This document shows, one piece after another, positions 61,588 through 64,000 of a stretch of DNA of 64,000 nt. Source of the stretch: Neoroseomonas eburnea (GTDB lineage: Bacteria > Pseudomonadota > Alphaproteobacteria > Acetobacterales > Acetobacteraceae); the NCBI RefSeq assembly GCF_018129005.1, contig NZ_JAAEDL010000002.1:77897-141896 (forward strand), read 5' to 3'. Within the stretch, counting starts at the first letter, position 1. Each line of letters opens with the position of its first letter. The notes under the pieces are model-generated. The model ran no database searches. It saw only the letters and a program-made list of their open reading frames with translations, and was not told the DNA's origin. A program made the position numbers and the translations under genes.

Positions 61588-62158
61588 GCGCAGGACGAAG
61601 CAGCCCGCGATGCCGCGCGAGGATCTCGGCAGGCCGAGTGCGTGGCGGCTGCAGCATGGCAGCTTCGGAGATCCCGTACGCGAGGCCGATCCCGAGACGG
61701 GCACGCCGATCGCGCTGCGCCGTGCGGTCGACACGCTCGGGGCCATGCTGGCCAACGGCACCATCACCGCGCCGATGCACGACGCAGGGGTCGTGTTCCG
61801 AGGGCAGTTTCGCGCGGCGGCCCTCGACACGCTGCGCGCCATGCCGCTGATCCGCATCCCGGCTGGTAGCGGCGACCCGCTGACGGAGCGGCATGTGCAT
61901 GCACGTCGCAAGGTGGCTGCGGCCATGCACGTGTTGGGCGGGCAGGACAGCGCTGCGGGTTCCTGCGCCTGGCATGTCGTCGGCTGCGAGGCGTCGATCC
62001 GGGAATGGGCGACGCGGCAGGGATGGGGTGGAAAGCCCATCGGGCACAGCCAGGCGCAGGGCATCTTGATTGCAGCGTTGGGCGTTCTTGCATCGCATTA
62101 CGGACTTGCTGACCGGAGCAATGCCCTCTCGCGCAACGCTTCCAGCGCGGTGACGTGA
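61577..62158 (+). CDS. Hypothetical phage protein (193 aa, basic N-terminus MAGKRRTKQP)
   Basis: An ORF with an overlapping start in a tightly packed phage-like gene string. No assignable family. Confidence 0.35.
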   Translation: MAGKRRTKQPAMPREDLGRPSAWRLQHGSFGDPVREADPETGTPIALRRAVDTLGAMLANGTITAPMHDAGVVFRGQFRAAALDTLRAMPLIRIPAGSGDPLTERHVHARRKVAAAMHVLGGQDSAAGSCAWHVVGCEASIREWATRQGWGGKPIGHSQAQGILIAALGVLASHYGLADRSNALSRNASSAVT

Positions 62159-62222
62159 GGCGCGACAGCGCTACACCTTCGCACTCCCCGGTGGAATCCA
62201 CATGGAGTAGGTTTTTGCCATC

Positions 62223-62567
62223 GTGGATTGCTGCGCCGGCGGGGGCGACGTGATGCGGAAGTCAGCGCTGCGTATGCTGTCCTCCCGCATCGCGCGACAC
62301 GACACGCGCACCGCACTACCACCGCCGAAGCAGCCTGACCCGCACTACGGTTCCGCCGCCCATCGTGAATGGCGTGCCGCTGTCCTTGCCCGCGCTGGCC
62401 ATGCTTGCCAGCGCTGTGGGCGCCGCGGCGTACGGCTCTACGCCGACCACATCGTCGAACTGCAGGACGGTGGTGCGGCGCTCGACGTGACGAACGGCCA
62501 GGCGCTGTGCGGTGCCTGCCACACGACCAAGACCGCCGCCGCCCGCGCCGCGCGCATGGCGCGCTGA
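62223..62567 (+). CDS. HNH endonuclease
   Basis: CQRCGRRGVRLYADHIVELQDGG...NGQALCGACH carries the HNH zinc-finger cysteines plus the catalytic His (DHIVE) and Asn. The true start may be ATG 62253 (MRKSAL). Confidence 0.7.
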   Translation: MDCCAGGGDVMRKSALRMLSSRIARHDTRTALPPPKQPDPHYGSAAHREWRAAVLARAGHACQRCGRRGVRLYADHIVELQDGGAALDVTNGQALCGACHTTKTAAARAARMAR

Positions 62568-62682
62568 CCCCGCACCCCCTGCCGATGGGGAGGGGGGATC
62601 GGATCTCTGGCGCCTTGGGGCGCCCCTCCGCGACGGGGGACACGCAGGGATTTTTCCCTCCCTAAAAAGGCGGAGTTCACAC

Positions 62683-64000
62683 ATGCAGCGAGACTGGCCG
62701 GCCGATGCGGTGGAGCGGCGGCCGGTGGCGTCGCTGCTGCCCTACGCCCGCAATGCGCGCACCCACAGCGAGGCGCAGGTTGCGCAGATCGCCGCCGCCA
62801 TCCGCGAATGGGGCTGGACGGTGCCGGTACTGGTCGACGAGGCGGGCCAGCTGATCGCCGGCCATGGCCGCGTGCTGGCCGCGAAGTCCCTCGGCCTGCT
62901 CGACGTGCCGGCGATGGTCGCACGCGGATGGTCCGAGGCCGACAAGCGCGCCTATGCGCTGGCCGACAACAAGCTGACGCTGAACGCCGGCTGGGATGCC
63001 GATCTGCTGAAGGGCGAGCTGTTCGAGCTGCGCTCGGAGGGCTTCGACCTCGGCCTGACCGGCTTCGGCGCCGATGAGGTGGCGGGGCTGCTCGGTGATC
63101 TCGCAGAGGTGGCCGCGACGGACACGGGCGAGACCGGGGGCGGATCCGGCGGCGGCGGCGGCATCGGTGCTGGCGGTGGTGCCGAGAGGGACGAGGATCC
63201 CGCAGACGCCGAGCCGGTGCCGCCGCGCCAGGCCGTCACCCGCACGGGCGATCTCTGGCTGCTCGGCGAGCATCGCCTGCTCTGCGGCGACAGCACCGAC
63301 GCCGCCTGCGTCGCCCGCGTGCTGGGCGCGGACCGCGCGGCGCTGCTGTTCACTTCGCCGCCCTACGGCAACCAGCGCGCCTACACCACCGGCGGCATCT
63401 CGGATTGGGACGCGCTGATGCAGGGGGTGTTTCAGCACCTGCCGGCGATCCTCGCCGAGGACGGTCAGGCGCTGGTGAACCTCGGGCTGATCCATCGCGA
63501 CGGCGAATGGCAGCCCTACTGGCAGGGCTGGGTGGAATGGATGCGCGCGCAGGGCTGGCGGCGCTTCGGGCTCTACGCCTGGGACCAGGGGCCGGGCCTG
63601 CCGGGGGACTGGAACGGCCGGCTGGCCCCGGCCTTCGAGCTGGTGTTCCACTTCAACCGGAAGTCGCGCCAGCCGAACAAGATCATCCCCTGCAAATGGG
63701 CGGGGACGGAGAACAAGGGCAGCGGGCTGCGCGCTGCCGATGGCGAGGTGAAGGCCTACACCCATGCCGGCCTGCCGGTGCAGGAGATGCGCATCCCGGA
63801 CAGCGTGCTGCGCATCACGCGGCACAAGGGGCGGGGGATCGAGACCGAGCACCCGGCGGTGTTCCCGGTCGCGCTGCCGGAACTGTTGCTGCAGAGCTAC
63901 GCCAACCTCGGCGATGCAGTGTTCGAGCCCTTCGCCGGCTCCGGCACGACGATCCTGGCCGGGCAGCGCACGGGGCGGAAGGTCAGAGCGATCGAACTGG
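62683..64000 (+). CDS. ParB-like nuclease domain fused to a DNA methyltransferase domain (partial, runs off the window)
   Basis: The N-terminal ParB/Srx-like part is LLPYARNARTHSEAQVAQIAAAIREWGWTVPVLVDEAGQLIAGHGRVLAA. After a Gly-rich linker the MTase motif is LFTSPPYGNQRAY, with a C-terminal AdoMet-binding FEPFAGSGTT. Confidence 0.8.
   Translation, partial: MQRDWPADAVERRPVASLLPYARNARTHSEAQVAQIAAAIREWGWTVPVLVDEAGQLIAGHGRVLAAKSLGLLDVPAMVARGWSEADKRAYALADNKLTLNAGWDADLLKGELFELRSEGFDLGLTGFGADEVAGLLGDLAEVAATDTGETGGGSGGGGGIGAGGGAERDEDPADAEPVPPRQAVTRTGDLWLLGEHRLLCGDSTDAACVARVLGADRAALLFTSPPYGNQRAYTTGGISDWDALMQGVFQHLPAILAEDGQALVNLGLIHRDGEWQPYWQGWVEWMRAQGWRRFGLYAWDQGPGLPGDWNGRLAPAFELVFHFNRKSRQPNKIIPCKWAGTENKGSGLRAADGEVKAYTHAGLPVQEMRIPDSVLRITRHKGRGIETEHPAVFPVALPELLLQSYANLGDAVFEPFAGSGTTILAGQRTGRKVRAIEL

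Overview
This is a high-GC (about 70%) alphaproteobacterial chromosome segment; from gene content it is probably Acetobacteraceae/Rhodospirillales-like, but that is a guess. Positions 1-39.2 kb are core genome. They hold a six-gene Hyf/Ehr-type operon (an energy-converting-hydrogenase-related membrane complex) whose large subunit has lost both [NiFe]-binding cysteine motifs and which has a glyoxalase/VOC gene inserted between the large and small subunit genes. They also hold a secreted caspase-family protein, an ECF sigma factor with its NrsF-type anti-sigma partner, a methyl-accepting chemotaxis protein (MCP), asd, sdhCDAB, priA, transaldolase, DUF484-xerC, a PPK2-type polyphosphate:AMP phosphotransferase, a flotillin-like SPFH protein, a TctC-family binding protein, endonuclease V, a Zur-box-preceded ZnuA-like binding protein fused in an operon to an outer-membrane beta-barrel, and proline iminopeptidase. 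At least four families of structured palindromic intergenic repeats are scattered through the core. One of them (a roughly 135-bp MITE-like element) has split an acyltransferase-3 gene. A tRNA-Arg(CCT) at 39.2 kb marks the start of a lower-GC mosaic mobile region that runs off the window end. It begins with a translationally coupled five-gene Type I restriction-modification (R-M) operon, hsdM-hsdS-[ABC-type ATPase]-[DUF4276/TOPRIM-like]-hsdR. The embedded two-gene module looks like a split OLD-family ATPase+nuclease and is a candidate phage-defence system. Next come a DUF2924/large serine recombinase/HTH module, an L,D-transpeptidase lipoprotein, a CI-like repressor with a divergent Cro-like gene, and a prophage recombination/replication module (Hjc-like resolvase, Sak4-like ATPase, DUF669, PD-(D/E)XK nuclease, SF2 helicase, primase/polymerase with a DUF3987-like C-terminal half, HNH, ParB-DNA methylase fusion). 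All calls are from reading the sequence and ORF translations by eye; no searches were run.
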